The notes: generated by a model not told the origin, from the sequence alone. A stretch of DNA of 64,000 bases from Planctomycetota bacterium (GCA_965223545.1 OZ245006.1:5888001-5952000); one strand, 5' to 3'; positions 42,682 through 52,890 are shown, counted from the stretch's first letter. A program made the numbers and translations.

Positions 42682-43980
42682 CTATGACGGAGTCAGCCGC
42701 TCGACCGGCGCGGCGCTGAGCTGCACGGCGCCCCAGGCCGCGTGCCACTCGCTGGCGCCCCGCTCGCCGCGGTCGGTGGCCAGCACCTCGAACGGCAGCA
42801 GCTCGCGCACGATGTCGAACTCGCGGCGCGCGTTGCGGTGGTCTCCGGTGCCGACCGACAGGTTGATCGCATAGCTGCCCGGCGCCAGCCGGCAGCCGTC
42901 GGCGCACAGCGTCAGCACGAATTCGGCGCGCTCGTCGGCCGCCATGCCGCCGGGCGCGGAGGCGAACACGGTGCCGACCGCGATGCCGTCGAGGCGCGTC
43001 AGCGTCATGCCGAAGCGCAGCGCCGGAATCGCTTCGGCGGCGCGCACCGCGATGCGCAGCCGCAGCGGCTGATCGGCGGCGAGGATGGGCGCGTCGAGAC
43101 CGTCGAGCGCCACGCTCTCCAGGCGCGCGCGGCGACTCAGCCAGTGGAACGGCCGCGGTGCGTCGCGCACGTCACACGCCACGGTGGCGCGGCTCCGCAG
43201 CGACGAGAGGTAGCTCTGGATCACCGTGCCGGTGGGGCCGTCGGCGGCGACCCGGCCGCGGTCGATCCACAGCGCGCGGTGGCTGAGCTGTTGGATCGCG
43301 GCCAAGTCGTGGCTGACCAGCAGCACCGTGCGTCCCTCGCCGGCGACGTCGCGCATGGTGCCGAGGCACTTCTTCTGAAATGCCGCGTCGCCGACCGCCA
43401 GCACCTCGTCGACCAACAGGATCTCCGGGTCGAGGTGGGCGGCCACGGCGAAGGCCAAGCGCACGAACATGCCGCTCGAGTAGCGCTTGACCGGCGTGTC
43501 CAGAAACTCGTCGACCTCGGCAAAGGCGGCGATCGCGGCGAAGCGCTGGCGGATCTCGCGCCGGCGGAGGCCGAGGATCGCGCCGTTGAGATAGATGTTC
43601 TCGGCGCCGGTGAGCTCGGGGTGGAAGCCGGAGCCGACTTCGAGCAGCGACCCCACCCGGCCGCGCAGCTCGATGCGTCCGCGGGTGGGCGGAGTGATGC
43701 GTGAGAGCAGCTTGAGCAGCGTACTCTTGCCGGCCCCGTTGTGGCCGACCACGCCGAGCACTTCGCCGGGCTGCACCGCGAACGACACGTCTTCGAGCGC
43801 CCAGAACTGCTGGCGGCGGGGCGCATTCCGCCGCCGGCGCAGCACCGCGCGGGTGCCGTCGGCGATGGTCTCGCCCAAGGTGCGGTCGGCGTGCGCGCCG
43901 CCGCGGACGTAGCGCTTGCCGAGGCCTTTGACGTCGATCGCCGGAGCGCGGCTCGCGGATCCTTGGACAGGTGCACTCAT
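42682..43980 (-). CDS. wzt: Polysaccharide ABC exporter ATP-binding protein with Wzt C-terminal domain
   Basis: FWALEDVSF, GHNGAGKST, LEVGSGFHPELTG, YSSGM, LLVDEVLAVGDAAFQKKC, VSHD; C-terminal beta-sandwich. Confidence 0.95.
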   Translation of the reverse strand: MSAPVQGSASRAPAIDVKGLGKRYVRGGAHADRTLGETIADGTRAVLRRRRNAPRRQQFWALEDVSFAVQPGEVLGVVGHNGAGKSTLLKLLSRITPPTRGRIELRGRVGSLLEVGSGFHPELTGAENIYLNGAILGLRRREIRQRFAAIAAFAEVDEFLDTPVKRYSSGMFVRLAFAVAAHLDPEILLVDEVLAVGDAAFQKKCLGTMRDVAGEGRTVLLVSHDLAAIQQLSHRALWIDRGRVAADGPTGTVIQSYLSSLRSRATVACDVRDAPRPFHWLSRRARLESVALDGLDAPILAADQPLRLRIAVRAAEAIPALRFGMTLTRLDGIAVGTVFASAPGGMAADERAEFVLTLCADGCRLAPGSYAINLSVGTGDHRNARREFDIVRELLPFEVLATDRGERGASEWHAAWGAVQLSAAPVERLTPS

Positions 43981-44804
43981 ACGACGTCGGCGAAGGTCGA
44001 CTCGACCCGGCGAAAGTATGCGGTGCCGGCGGCGAGCAGGACCGCGGTCGCCGCGGTCGACACCGCCATGGCCTGCCAGTCGACGGCGACCGTCGGCAGG
44101 ATCGCGGCGCGGTGCGCGGCGAGGACTCCGGCCATCGGGTTGAGCGCGGCTGCCCAACGCCAATCCGCCGGCACCTGATCGAGCGGCCAGATCACCGGGG
44201 TCGCGAACATCCACAGCTGCAGAGTGAACGGCAGCACGTAGCGCACGTCGCGGTAGCGGACGTTGGCGGCGCCGAAGAGACAGGCGGCGCCGGTCGCCGC
44301 GGCGAACGCCAGCGCCACGGTCAGCGGCAGGACCGCGATCTCGATGTCGACGGCGAGGTCGTAGTACACCATCAGCACCACGAGCAGGGCGATGGCGATC
44401 GCGTAGTCGACCAGCGCGGCCAGCGTGGCCGCCAGCGGCAGGAAGATCCGCGGGAAGTGCACCTTGGTCAGCAGGCGGGTGTTGTTGACCAGGCTCTGAC
44501 CGCCCTTGGAGACGCTGTTCTGAAAGTAGAACCAGAGCAGCAGGCCGGCGTAGCTGAACACCGGGTACGGAACGCCCTGGGACGGCATGTTGGCGAGTCG
44601 ACCGAACAGCACGGTGAACACCACCATGGTCAGGGCGGGTTGGAGCACGGCCCACGCGGCGCCCAACACGGTCTGCCGGTAGCGCACCACGAGGTCGCGC
44701 CAGACCAAGAAGCCGAGCAGCTCGCGCCGTTCGACGAACTCGGCCCAGCTGGCGCGAAAGCCGCGGCTCGGCTCGATCACCGTGTGCGGTTGGGCGTCAT
44801 GCAT
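43977..44804 (-). CDS. wzm: Polysaccharide ABC exporter permease
   Basis: RDLVVRYRQTVLGAAWAVLQP, LLTKVHFPR, RYRDV, MFATPVIWP, LNPM, FADVV; ATGA overlap with wzt. Confidence 0.95.
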   Translation of the reverse strand: MHDAQPHTVIEPSRGFRASWAEFVERRELLGFLVWRDLVVRYRQTVLGAAWAVLQPALTMVVFTVLFGRLANMPSQGVPYPVFSYAGLLLWFYFQNSVSKGGQSLVNNTRLLTKVHFPRIFLPLAATLAALVDYAIAIALLVVLMVYYDLAVDIEIAVLPLTVALAFAAATGAACLFGAANVRYRDVRYVLPFTLQLWMFATPVIWPLDQVPADWRWAAALNPMAGVLAAHRAAILPTVAVDWQAMAVSTAATAVLLAAGTAYFRRVESTFADVV

Positions 44805-44832
44805 GGCGGGCCAAGTGATAGCCTACCCGGCC

Positions 44833-46047
44833 GTGTCGACGCCGCCGCGTGCTTCTCGCCCCCTGCTCCGCCGCGTCTTGTGGTGGGTGGTGGCGGTGGC
44901 GCTGGTGGTGGCGGCGCTCGAGTTGGGGCTGCGCGCGGTGGCCGCGCTGTCGCCGAGGGTTGCCTTCCTGCTGTCGGTGCACGCGGTGGCGATCGAGAGC
45001 GACGCGGCGCTGGGCACCCGGTTGGTCCGCGGCTTTCCCGAGCACGACGAGCTCGGCTTCCGCAACGCGCCGCGCGAGGGGCCGCCCGAGGTGGTCGTGC
45101 TCGGCGATTCGCAGACCTACGGCACCAACGTCGAGCGCACCGCGGCATGGCCACAGCAGGTCGGTGGCACCGAGGGTGGGCGGGTCTACAACATGGGCAC
45201 CCCGGGCCACTGTGCGGTGCAGGGGCTGCTGCAGGTGGAGGCGGCGCTGTCGCTGTCGCCGCGCGTGGTGATCAGCACGGTGTACGCCGGCAACGACGCC
45301 TACGACGCCTACGTCCAGCTGCGCGACCGACGCTGCCCGGTGGAGTTGGCGGGCCACCTCGATGCGGCGAGCGCGGCGCGGGACCGGCAGCAGGGAATCG
45401 AGGACCGCATCGGCGCCGAGTTCACCGCGGCGTTCGGCGCGGCGACCCCGGCGCCGCCGCCGGCCGGCTTGCGCGGGCTCTTCGCGCGCCACAGCGCGCT
45501 CTACGGGGTACTGCGCGCGCTGCGCCGCGGCCTGCGGCCGCCGCGCTCCCCACCGGCGTGGCCGGCCGTGCGGGCGGCCGCCGCGGCGCGGCCGGGGCAG
45601 CTGGTGGTGGACGGCGCCGTGCCGACGATCTTGACCCCGGCCTACCGGCGGTGCGCGCTGGCCTACGACGACCCGCGCCTGGTCGCGGGCATCCGGATTC
45701 TGCAGGCGGCGCTCGGGCGGACCGCGGAGGCGGTCCGCGCCAGCGGCGCCGAGCTGTGGGTGCTGTCGATTCCGACCAAGGAGCGCGTCTACGCCACGGC
45801 GGCCGGTGCCGCCGGCGTGCGCAGCCCCGCGCTCGAGGCGCTGGTGCGCGACGAAGAACGACTGGTGGCCGAGCTGCGGGCGTTCTGCGCGCAGCGCGGC
45901 CTGCGTTGGCTGGACAGCTTTGCGGCGTTGGCGGCGGTGTTGGAGCGTGGCGAAGCGCCGTACCCGCACACCGCCGATGGCCACCCCAACCCTCGGGGTC
46001 ATGCCGCGATCGCCGGCGTCGTCCGCGCTGCGCTGGAGGCGTGGTGA
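44833..46047 (+). CDS. Membrane-anchored SGNH/GDSL hydrolase-fold protein (possible glycan O-acetyl modification)
   Basis: TM helix with LELGLR, LGFRN, VVLGDSQTYG, NMGTPG, YAGND, IPTK, DGHPNPRGH. Start uncertain (44803 or 44833). Confidence 0.82.
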   Translation: MSTPPRASRPLLRRVLWWVVAVALVVAALELGLRAVAALSPRVAFLLSVHAVAIESDAALGTRLVRGFPEHDELGFRNAPREGPPEVVVLGDSQTYGTNVERTAAWPQQVGGTEGGRVYNMGTPGHCAVQGLLQVEAALSLSPRVVISTVYAGNDAYDAYVQLRDRRCPVELAGHLDAASAARDRQQGIEDRIGAEFTAAFGAATPAPPPAGLRGLFARHSALYGVLRALRRGLRPPRSPPAWPAVRAAAAARPGQLVVDGAVPTILTPAYRRCALAYDDPRLVAGIRILQAALGRTAEAVRASGAELWVLSIPTKERVYATAAGAAGVRSPALEALVRDEERLVAELRAFCAQRGLRWLDSFAALAAVLERGEAPYPHTADGHPNPRGHAAIAGVVRAALEAW

Positions 46048-47294
46048 GAGTCGCGCTCCTCCACCAGCCGTTCAACGACCCGGTGCCTCCGGTGCGCGCC
46101 GGCTCGATCGCGATCTGGACCGATCGCGTCGCCAGCCAGCTCGCCGAACGCGGCGATGTCGATGTCGTCGTCTACGGTGCCGGCGCGGCGCGCGGGGTGC
46201 AGGCGAGCCGGCACGGTCGAGTCGAGTTGCGGCAGGTGTCGGTTCGCGCTGACCGGCGCTGGATCGGCTGGCGACGGCGCCGCAGCACGGCGCCGGGTCG
46301 GCTGCCATACTTCGTCGCGCCGTGGTACTTCCGTGGCTACGCCCGTCGCGTGGCGCGCGACGCCGAGGCGCGCGGCTGTGGGGTGATCCACGTGCACAAT
46401 GCGCCGGCGATGCTGCCAACGCTGCGGCGCCACAGCCGCGCCGCCCTGGTGCTGCACATGCACTGCGCCTGGCTCGCGCAGATGCCCCGCGCCGCGGCGC
46501 GCGCCTACTGCACGCACGCCGCCGCCATCGTCGGCTGCAGCCGCAGCATCACGTCTGCCACGGTCGATGCGATGCCCGAGCTGGCTCCGCGCTGCCACAC
46601 CGTGGACAACGGCGTCGACCTCGACGTGTTCCGGCCGCGCGACGCTAGCGTGCTGCCGCCACAGCCGGCGCACCTGGTCTACGTCGGCCGGCTCTCGCCG
46701 GAGAAGGGGGTCCACGTGCTGATCGAGGCGTTCGCCGCGCTCGCCCGGCGCCGCGCCGACGTCGTGCTGACGCTGGCGGGTCCCGCCGCGGTCGCGGCCC
46801 GCGAGTTCATTGTCTTCGAGGGTGGCGATCCGCGGCTGCGCGCGCTGTACGACGGCCCGGCACCGCCCGACGTCGCGCGGGCGCTGGCGGCGCTGCCCGA
46901 TGCGATCCGCGCGCGTGTGCGCTGCGCCGGCGCCCTGCCGCACGACGAGGTCGGCGCGCTGTACCGCGCCGCGACGATCGCCGTCGTGCCCTCGGTCTGG
47001 CCGGAGCCGTTCGGCATGCCCGCGGTGGAGGCGATGGCGTGTGGCGTGCCGGTGGTGGCCTCGCGGACGGGCGGCTTGCCGGAGACCATCGTCGATGGCG
47101 AGACCGGAGTGCTGGTCGAGCCCGGGGACGCCGGCGCGCTGGCGGCGGCGCTCGAAGAGCTGCTGCGCGAGCCGGGGCGCGCAGCAGAGTTGGGGCGCGC
47201 AGCCCGTGCGCGCGCCGCGCGCTTCGCGTGGGACGCGGTGGCGCGGCAGGTGACCGCGGTCTACGCGGCGGCGACTCGGGGTCGGTTGCCCTAG
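46044..47294 (+). CDS. Glycosyltransferase family 4
   Basis: GTGA-coupled start; IHVHN, LHMH, NGVDLDVF, YVGRLSPEKGVHVLIEAF, PSVWPEPFGMPAVEAMACG. Confidence 0.93.
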   Translation: MRVALLHQPFNDPVPPVRAGSIAIWTDRVASQLAERGDVDVVVYGAGAARGVQASRHGRVELRQVSVRADRRWIGWRRRRSTAPGRLPYFVAPWYFRGYARRVARDAEARGCGVIHVHNAPAMLPTLRRHSRAALVLHMHCAWLAQMPRAAARAYCTHAAAIVGCSRSITSATVDAMPELAPRCHTVDNGVDLDVFRPRDASVLPPQPAHLVYVGRLSPEKGVHVLIEAFAALARRRADVVLTLAGPAAVAAREFIVFEGGDPRLRALYDGPAPPDVARALAALPDAIRARVRCAGALPHDEVGALYRAATIAVVPSVWPEPFGMPAVEAMACGVPVVASRTGGLPETIVDGETGVLVEPGDAGALAAALEELLREPGRAAELGRAARARAARFAWDAVARQVTAVYAAATRGRLP

Positions 47295-50200
47295 CGGCGC
47301 CAGTCCGGCAGTCGGCCTGGCGTGTCGCCGGCGCCTGCGGCCTCGAGCTGGGCCTCGATCCGCGGCAGCTCCTCGCTGGCCATCGCGCGCAGGCGAGCCA
47401 GCACCGGTTCGAACGCGGCCGCGGCGTGTTCATAGGCGTCGCGCTCGGTCTGCGTGGGGGCCGACGAGGTGTAGAGCTGTGCGCTGGCGACGTTCTCGAC
47501 GCGCGCGCGGATCGACAGCGGGGCCTCCTTGTTGCGCGTGCTGAGCGAGCGGTCGCCGCTGAGCGCGTCGCGCAGCTGCGCCAGCTCGCGGTGCAAACGC
47601 TCGATATCGGCCAGCAGCGCCAGGTCGGCGGTGCTGCGGCGCACCGCGACGCGGCAGTGTTCGAGCCGGCTCTGCAGCTCGCCGAGCACGCGCGCCGTGG
47701 CGCGCACCGCGCGGCGCAGGGCGACCACGCGCTGCTGGAACGCCAGCACCTCCGCGCGATCGGCGGCCGGCAGAGTCGCCAGGCCGAGCGGCTCGACGCG
47801 GAACGGCACCGCCGGGGTCAGCGCCTCCACTTGGCCACCGACCTCCCGCTCGACGGTAGCGGTGAACTCGCCGCCCAGCACCAGCGGGCCGGCGTCGGGC
47901 ATGCCCCAGGGCTCGGGGGCGTCGCCGCCCTCGAGCTCGATCGAAGTCGCGCGTGGATAGCGCAGATCCCAGGCGACGCGGTGCAGTCCCTCGGTGCGCG
48001 GCGCGTCGACGCGGCGGACCACCGCCCCGTCGGTGGCGCGGATCGTCACCCATACCGCCGGCTCGTTCTCGCGCGCCTCGGCGCGCATCGCCGCGTCGGT
48101 CGGGAACGGGTGTGCCTCACCGGCTTCGCGCGCCTTCTTCTGCGCCGCCTGGCGGCGCTCGGCCAGCGTCTGCAGTCCCTCGCCCAGGTGCAGCGTCAGC
48201 AGCGCGCCGAACGGCGGGTTGGGCGCGGCGAAGTAGGTCGACCCCTGGGATCCCAGGCCCGTGTTGAGCCCGAGGCGGCTGCCCTCGATGTAGAGCGGCG
48301 CCGGCCGCACGGCGAACAGATGGGCGCCGGCCTCGAGGTTCGCTGAGGTCATCGCGCGCAGCGACGTGTAGTCGTCGAGCACGTAGAAGCCCCGCCCGAA
48401 GGTGCCGAGGATCAGGTCGTTCTCGCGGCGCTGGATCTCGAGGTCGCGCACCGCGATGGTCGGCAGCCCGCCGCGCATTCGAAGCCAGCGTTCGCCGCCG
48501 TCCAGGGTGACGTAGACGCCGAACTCGGTGCCGCAGAACAGGAGGTCGTCGCGCACGTGGTCCTCGGCCAGTGACCACACCACGTCGCGCGCGGGCAGGC
48601 CGTCGGCGAGCGACCGCCAGCTCGCGCCGTAGTCCTCGCTGACCAGCAGGTAGGGGCGGAAGTCGCCGTTCTTGTGGTTGTTGAACGCGGCGTACACGCG
48701 GCCCGCGACGTGGCGCGAGGCCTCGAGGCGGCTGACGTAGGTGCGTTCGGGGACTCCCGGGAACGTGTCGATCGCGGTCCACGATCCGCCGGCGTCGCGG
48801 GTGACGTGCACCAGGCCGTCGTCCGTGCCGACGTAGACCACCGCCTCGTCGAGCGGTGACTCGGTGAGCGCCACGCTGTTGCCGTAGACCGAGGTCGATG
48901 CGTTCTTGGCGACCGCGTCGACGTCCTGGATCCGGCCCATGACGGCGAGCTGATCCCGGTCGATGCCGCGGGTGAGGTCACCGCTGATCGCGCGCCACGA
49001 ATCGCCGCGGTCATCACTGCGGAACAAGCGATCGCCGGCGAAGTACAGCCGGGCCGGATCGTGTGCGCTCAGCAACAGCGGAGAGTCCCAGTTCCACACG
49101 ATCGGCGGCTCGCCCGGCGCGTGCCGCGGCTTGATGTCGGTGATCTCGCCGCTCTTGCGGTCGTGGCGCACCAGCCCGCCGTACTGCCACTGGGTGTAGA
49201 CGATGTCCGGATTGGTCGGGTCGACCTGCGCTTCGTAGCCGTCGCCACCGACGGTGACGAACCAGTCGTCGTTGGTGATCCCCGCCAAGCTCGTGGTGCG
49301 CGACGGTCCGCCCATCGAGTTGTTGTCCTGCGTGCCGCCGTAGATGTTGTAGAACGGTTCGGCCTGGTCTGCGCTGACGCGGTAGAACTGGCCGAGCGAC
49401 AGGTTCTCGCAAAAGTCCCAGTGGGCGCCACCGTCGTGCGTCTCGTAGATCCCGCCGTCGCCGCCGATGAGCATGTGGTCGGTGAACCCGGGGTCGATCC
49501 ACAGGGCGTGGTCGTCGACGTGGCGGTGCAGATTGCCGACGCGTTGCCAGGTCTTGCCGCCGTCGCGCGAGCACGTCGTGTAGGTGTCGAGGCAGTACAG
49601 CGTGTCGACGTCGTGCGGGTCGCAGACGAGCTCTTGGTAGTACTGCGGGCTGGTCGCCACCTTGTCGCTGCGCTTGGTCCAGCTCTCGCCGCGGTCGGTG
49701 GAGCGGAACACTCCACCCTCGCCGCGCTGCGCCTCGACGATGGCATAGAGCACGTCGGGGTCGGCCGGCGAGATCGCCAGGCCGATCCTGCCGAGGTCGA
49801 CTTCCGGCAGGCCGCGGGTCAAGGGCCGCCAGGTCGCGCCGCCGTCGTCGGTCTTGTGCAGCCCCGACCCCGGCCCGCCGTTGATCAACGTCCAGACGTG
49901 GCGCCGCCGTTGGTACATGCTGGCGTAGGCGACGTCGGGGTCGCGCGGGTCGAGGTGGACCTCGTTGGCGCCGGTGTCGTCGTCGACGAACAGCACCCGC
50001 GTCCAGCTGGTACCGCCGTCGATGGTCTTGTAGACCCCGCGCTCGCCGCCCGAGCGCCAGAGCGGGCCCTGCGCGGCGACCCAGACGGTGTCGCTGTCGG
50101 TCGGATCGATCGCGATGCGGCCGATGTGCTCGCTGTCGCCCAGGCCCGTGTTCTGCCAAGTGGTGCCGCCGTCGCGCGAGCGATAGACCCCGTCGCCCCA

Positions 50201-50569
50201 CGAGACGCTGCGTTGGCTGTTGTTCTCGCCGGTGCCGACCCACACCGTGTGGCGGTTGGACGGGTCGAGGGCGACGCAGCCGATGGAGTACGACCCCTCG
50301 CCGTCGAACACCGGCGTGAACGTGGTGCCGTGGTTGGTCGTGCGCCAGACGCCGCCCGACGCGGCCGCCACGAACCAGCGCGCCGGCTGGGTCGGGTCGA
50401 CGGCGATGTCGACGACGCGGCCCGAGCACATCGCGGGGCCGATTCCGCGGAACGGCAGCGCGCCGACGGCGGCGGCCAGGGCGTCGTCGGTGTCGGCCTC
50501 GGGTTTGGTGGACGGGGACTGCGCCGCGCCGGCGAGGGCGAGCGCGGTGAGAGCGAGCGGAAACCGCAT
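47291..50569 (-). CDS. Exported VPS10/BNR (Asp-box) repeat glycosyl-hydrolase-like protein
   Basis: FRGIGPAMCSGRV, many SxDxGxTW Asp-boxes, HVDDHALWIDP, GGTQDN, GDG, GTFGRGFYVLDD, C-terminal coiled coil; signal peptide AGAA-Q. Confidence 0.92.
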   Translation of the reverse strand: MRFPLALTALALAGAAQSPSTKPEADTDDALAAAVGALPFRGIGPAMCSGRVVDIAVDPTQPARWFVAAASGGVWRTTNHGTTFTPVFDGEGSYSIGCVALDPSNRHTVWVGTGENNSQRSVSWGDGVYRSRDGGTTWQNTGLGDSEHIGRIAIDPTDSDTVWVAAQGPLWRSGGERGVYKTIDGGTSWTRVLFVDDDTGANEVHLDPRDPDVAYASMYQRRRHVWTLINGGPGSGLHKTDDGGATWRPLTRGLPEVDLGRIGLAISPADPDVLYAIVEAQRGEGGVFRSTDRGESWTKRSDKVATSPQYYQELVCDPHDVDTLYCLDTYTTCSRDGGKTWQRVGNLHRHVDDHALWIDPGFTDHMLIGGDGGIYETHDGGAHWDFCENLSLGQFYRVSADQAEPFYNIYGGTQDNNSMGGPSRTTSLAGITNDDWFVTVGGDGYEAQVDPTNPDIVYTQWQYGGLVRHDRKSGEITDIKPRHAPGEPPIVWNWDSPLLLSAHDPARLYFAGDRLFRSDDRGDSWRAISGDLTRGIDRDQLAVMGRIQDVDAVAKNASTSVYGNSVALTESPLDEAVVYVGTDDGLVHVTRDAGGSWTAIDTFPGVPERTYVSRLEASRHVAGRVYAAFNNHKNGDFRPYLLVSEDYGASWRSLADGLPARDVVWSLAEDHVRDDLLFCGTEFGVYVTLDGGERWLRMRGGLPTIAVRDLEIQRRENDLILGTFGRGFYVLDDYTSLRAMTSANLEAGAHLFAVRPAPLYIEGSRLGLNTGLGSQGSTYFAAPNPPFGALLTLHLGEGLQTLAERRQAAQKKAREAGEAHPFPTDAAMRAEARENEPAVWVTIRATDGAVVRRVDAPRTEGLHRVAWDLRYPRATSIELEGGDAPEPWGMPDAGPLVLGGEFTATVEREVGGQVEALTPAVPFRVEPLGLATLPAADRAEVLAFQQRVVALRRAVRATARVLGELQSRLEHCRVAVRRSTADLALLADIERLHRELAQLRDALSGDRSLSTRNKEAPLSIRARVENVASAQLYTSSAPTQTERDAYEHAAAAFEPVLARLRAMASEELPRIEAQLEAAGAGDTPGRLPDWRR

Positions 50570-50702
50570 GGGGCGGACCATACCGCCGGACCATCGACGG
50601 ATCCCCGCCCGCGCCGCCGGATGTGGTAGGCTTGGGTGTTCAGTCGTCGCCACCGCTGGCGCCGGGGGACGGTCCTCGCGACCTCAAGGGAAGTTTCGTC
50701 CA

Positions 50703-50933
50703 ATGCCGCTGTCGGTCCGTGTCATCGTGCTCACGTCGCTGCTGGTCGCGTTCGTCGCGGTCCCGCTCGCCGTCGGCGAGCCGGCCGTGACTGCCGCGCC
50801 CGTCGAGGCCGCGCCGGTATCGCCGCCGGACGAAGGCAGTGCCCCACAGGCGGGCACGCTGCTGGTGCTGGGCATCGTCATCGCAGCGTTTGCCGCGCTG
50901 CGCCGGTCGCGCGCGGGCCAGTCTCATCCCTGA
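50703..50933 (+). CDS. Small (76 aa) PEP-CTERM-like protein
   Basis: Signal peptide, short Pro/Ala/Glu-rich linker, then APQAGTLLVLGIVIAAFAALRRSR (motif, TM helix, basic cluster). Confidence 0.65.
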   Translation: MPLSVRVIVLTSLLVAFVAVPLAVGEPAVTAAPVEAAPVSPPDEGSAPQAGTLLVLGIVIAAFAALRRSRAGQSHP

Positions 50934-50934
50934 C

Positions 50935-52773
50935 TCATCGCTGAGTGCCGGTGTCGACCCGCAGGATGACCACGCGGTCTTGCGTCGTCGCCAACAGCAG
51001 GCGCCGGGCCGCGTTGTAATCCAGCGAGGATGCCCAGCTACTGAGCCGGACGAACGAGACCGCGGTGTCGCGGTCGGTGTTGGCGAGCTCGAGCTGGTCG
51101 CCCGCGCCGCAGCCCACCAACCAGTGGTCGTCGAGCCACAGCACGGCGCGCCAATGCACCGCGATGCGGTGCGTCGCGACCAGCTCCGGCACGCTGCGCA
51201 AGACGAGCCAGTCGCCCTCGGCAGAGGCGACGACGTCGCCACGAGGTGCGAGCGCCAGTGCGCGCGGCGGTACCGCGAGCGGCAGCTGCAGGCGCTCGTC
51301 GCCGTCGAGTGCAAAGACGTGCAGCGAACCGTGGCCACCGCCGAAGTGGTCGAAGACGGGGCGTCGCGCGACGGCGCAGCCCTGGTCGTACACCGCGATG
51401 GTCTGCGCGATCAGCGATTGCTCGAGGTACAGCGACGCCTTGGGGTCGATCAGGTCGATGACCTGATCGGCGTAGCACAGCGCGCGGCCGTGTCGCGACA
51501 GCCGCGGCGCGGCGAGGGCAGGCAGCACGCTGCGGGCGCGGAGGTGTACCGCCGTGCCGCGCACCAGGCGGGCGCCGTGGCCGGCGGCGGTGGGCTCCAG
51601 CGCGTAGAGCTCGAGAGCGCGCGGCTGTCTCCCGGTCGCCTTGCGCAGGACGGCGAGCTCGACGCCCTGTGGATTGGCGATCAGATCGACGCCCTCGCGC
51701 GGTAGTCCGGCGACCTGCACGGCGGCGCCGGTGTCGGCGTCGAAGACCTGGAGATCTCTGCCGGCGGCGACCACGAACCGGCCGTCACCGGTCAGCACCG
51801 CCTGTCGCGGTTGCTGTCGATGGAGAGCGGGCAGGCTGTTCTGCACCTGGATGCCGGTGTAGATCTCGATGCCGTCCGGGGTGGCGCTGGCCCAGCGCAC
51901 GCCATCGGGGTGGAGTGCCGCCGGGCCCTTGACGGGCAGCGTGTGCCGCTCGCCGCCAGCCGACAGCAGCAGGGTGCCGTCGTTGGCGACCAGCACGCAG
52001 CGGCTGCCGTCGGCCTGCACCGAGAGCGAGAACCCGAAGTCGCCGAAGCGCACCGGTTCGTCGGCGAACAGATGGTGGGTGCCGCGCCAGCCGAGGCGGA
52101 GCAGCTGGCCCGCGTCGGTGTAGGCCAGATCGTACACCCAGCCATCCTGGTGCAGGCGCTCGACCTCGGCGCCGCTCTCGGTATCGAACACGAACGTCTC
52201 TCCGCTCCGCTTGCCGACCGCGACGCGTTGTCCGTCGGGGGAGATCGCGATGGCGTCGGCCGCGGTCGGACCCGGCAGGGCGAACTCGCGCTGCACGCCC
52301 AGATCGTCGGCCCGCAGCAGCACGGCGGTGTGGTTGTCGAGAACGACGGCCAGGTGGGCGCCGTCGCGGCTCCAGTCGAGGGCGCGCGCGCTGCCGGTGG
52401 CGACTTCGCCCAGCTGGCGGCCACTGTCGAGGTCCCACACGGTCAGGCTGCGGCCGACGGCGGCGAGGCGGGTTCCGTTGGGAGAGAACGCCAGCCCCCC
52501 GACCCAGTGGTCGGAGGCGTCGAGCACCGCTTGGCGGGCGCCGGTATCGGCGTCGACGATGACGACGTCGCCGCGATCGCCGCCCGAAGCGAGCCGCGTG
52601 CCGTCGGGGGAGTAGCGCAGCACGTGCGATGGCCCGCCGGTGAGAAACAGCTGCCGCACGACCCGCAGCGCCGGCGGCGGCTCCGGTTGGGCCTCGGCGC
52701 GCCCCCCGGCCGACAAGACCGCGAGCGAGAGCTGGGCAAGAGTGGCCAAGTGGCGGCGTGTGGCAGCGGGCAT
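50935..52773 (-). CDS. Exported WD40-repeat protein
   Basis: YSPDGTRLASGG, FSPNGTRLAA...VWD, WSRDG, ISPDGQRVAVG; hydrophobic leader ending AEA-Q. Confidence 0.88.
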   Translation of the reverse strand: MPAATRRHLATLAQLSLAVLSAGGRAEAQPEPPPALRVVRQLFLTGGPSHVLRYSPDGTRLASGGDRGDVVIVDADTGARQAVLDASDHWVGGLAFSPNGTRLAAVGRSLTVWDLDSGRQLGEVATGSARALDWSRDGAHLAVVLDNHTAVLLRADDLGVQREFALPGPTAADAIAISPDGQRVAVGKRSGETFVFDTESGAEVERLHQDGWVYDLAYTDAGQLLRLGWRGTHHLFADEPVRFGDFGFSLSVQADGSRCVLVANDGTLLLSAGGERHTLPVKGPAALHPDGVRWASATPDGIEIYTGIQVQNSLPALHRQQPRQAVLTGDGRFVVAAGRDLQVFDADTGAAVQVAGLPREGVDLIANPQGVELAVLRKATGRQPRALELYALEPTAAGHGARLVRGTAVHLRARSVLPALAAPRLSRHGRALCYADQVIDLIDPKASLYLEQSLIAQTIAVYDQGCAVARRPVFDHFGGGHGSLHVFALDGDERLQLPLAVPPRALALAPRGDVVASAEGDWLVLRSVPELVATHRIAVHWRAVLWLDDHWLVGCGAGDQLELANTDRDTAVSFVRLSSWASSLDYNAARRLLLATTQDRVVILRVDTGTQR

Positions 52774-52860
52774 GGCTGCCCTTGGATACGGTCGGCCGCG
52801 GCATCCCGGCCGCGGAGATACGGCGATTTCGCCGACGAGGCGGCCGGCGCCGGCGTCGGC

Positions 52861-52890
52861 TTGCGGTGATGGGCGTCTTTGGCCTACACT
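52861..52890 (+). promoter_or_regulatory. Candidate sigma70 promoter TTGCGG-N18-TACACT for the helicase gene
   Basis: Boxes at 52861-52866 and 52885-52890; the same -10 hexamer precedes two other genes. Confidence 0.45.

Noticed and set aside
42682..47294. 657-aa Wzt and 1107-aa GT4 ORFs as fusion proteins
   Set aside because: The extensions overlap wzm and the SGNH gene in other frames; coupled starts at 43980 and 46044 explain them.
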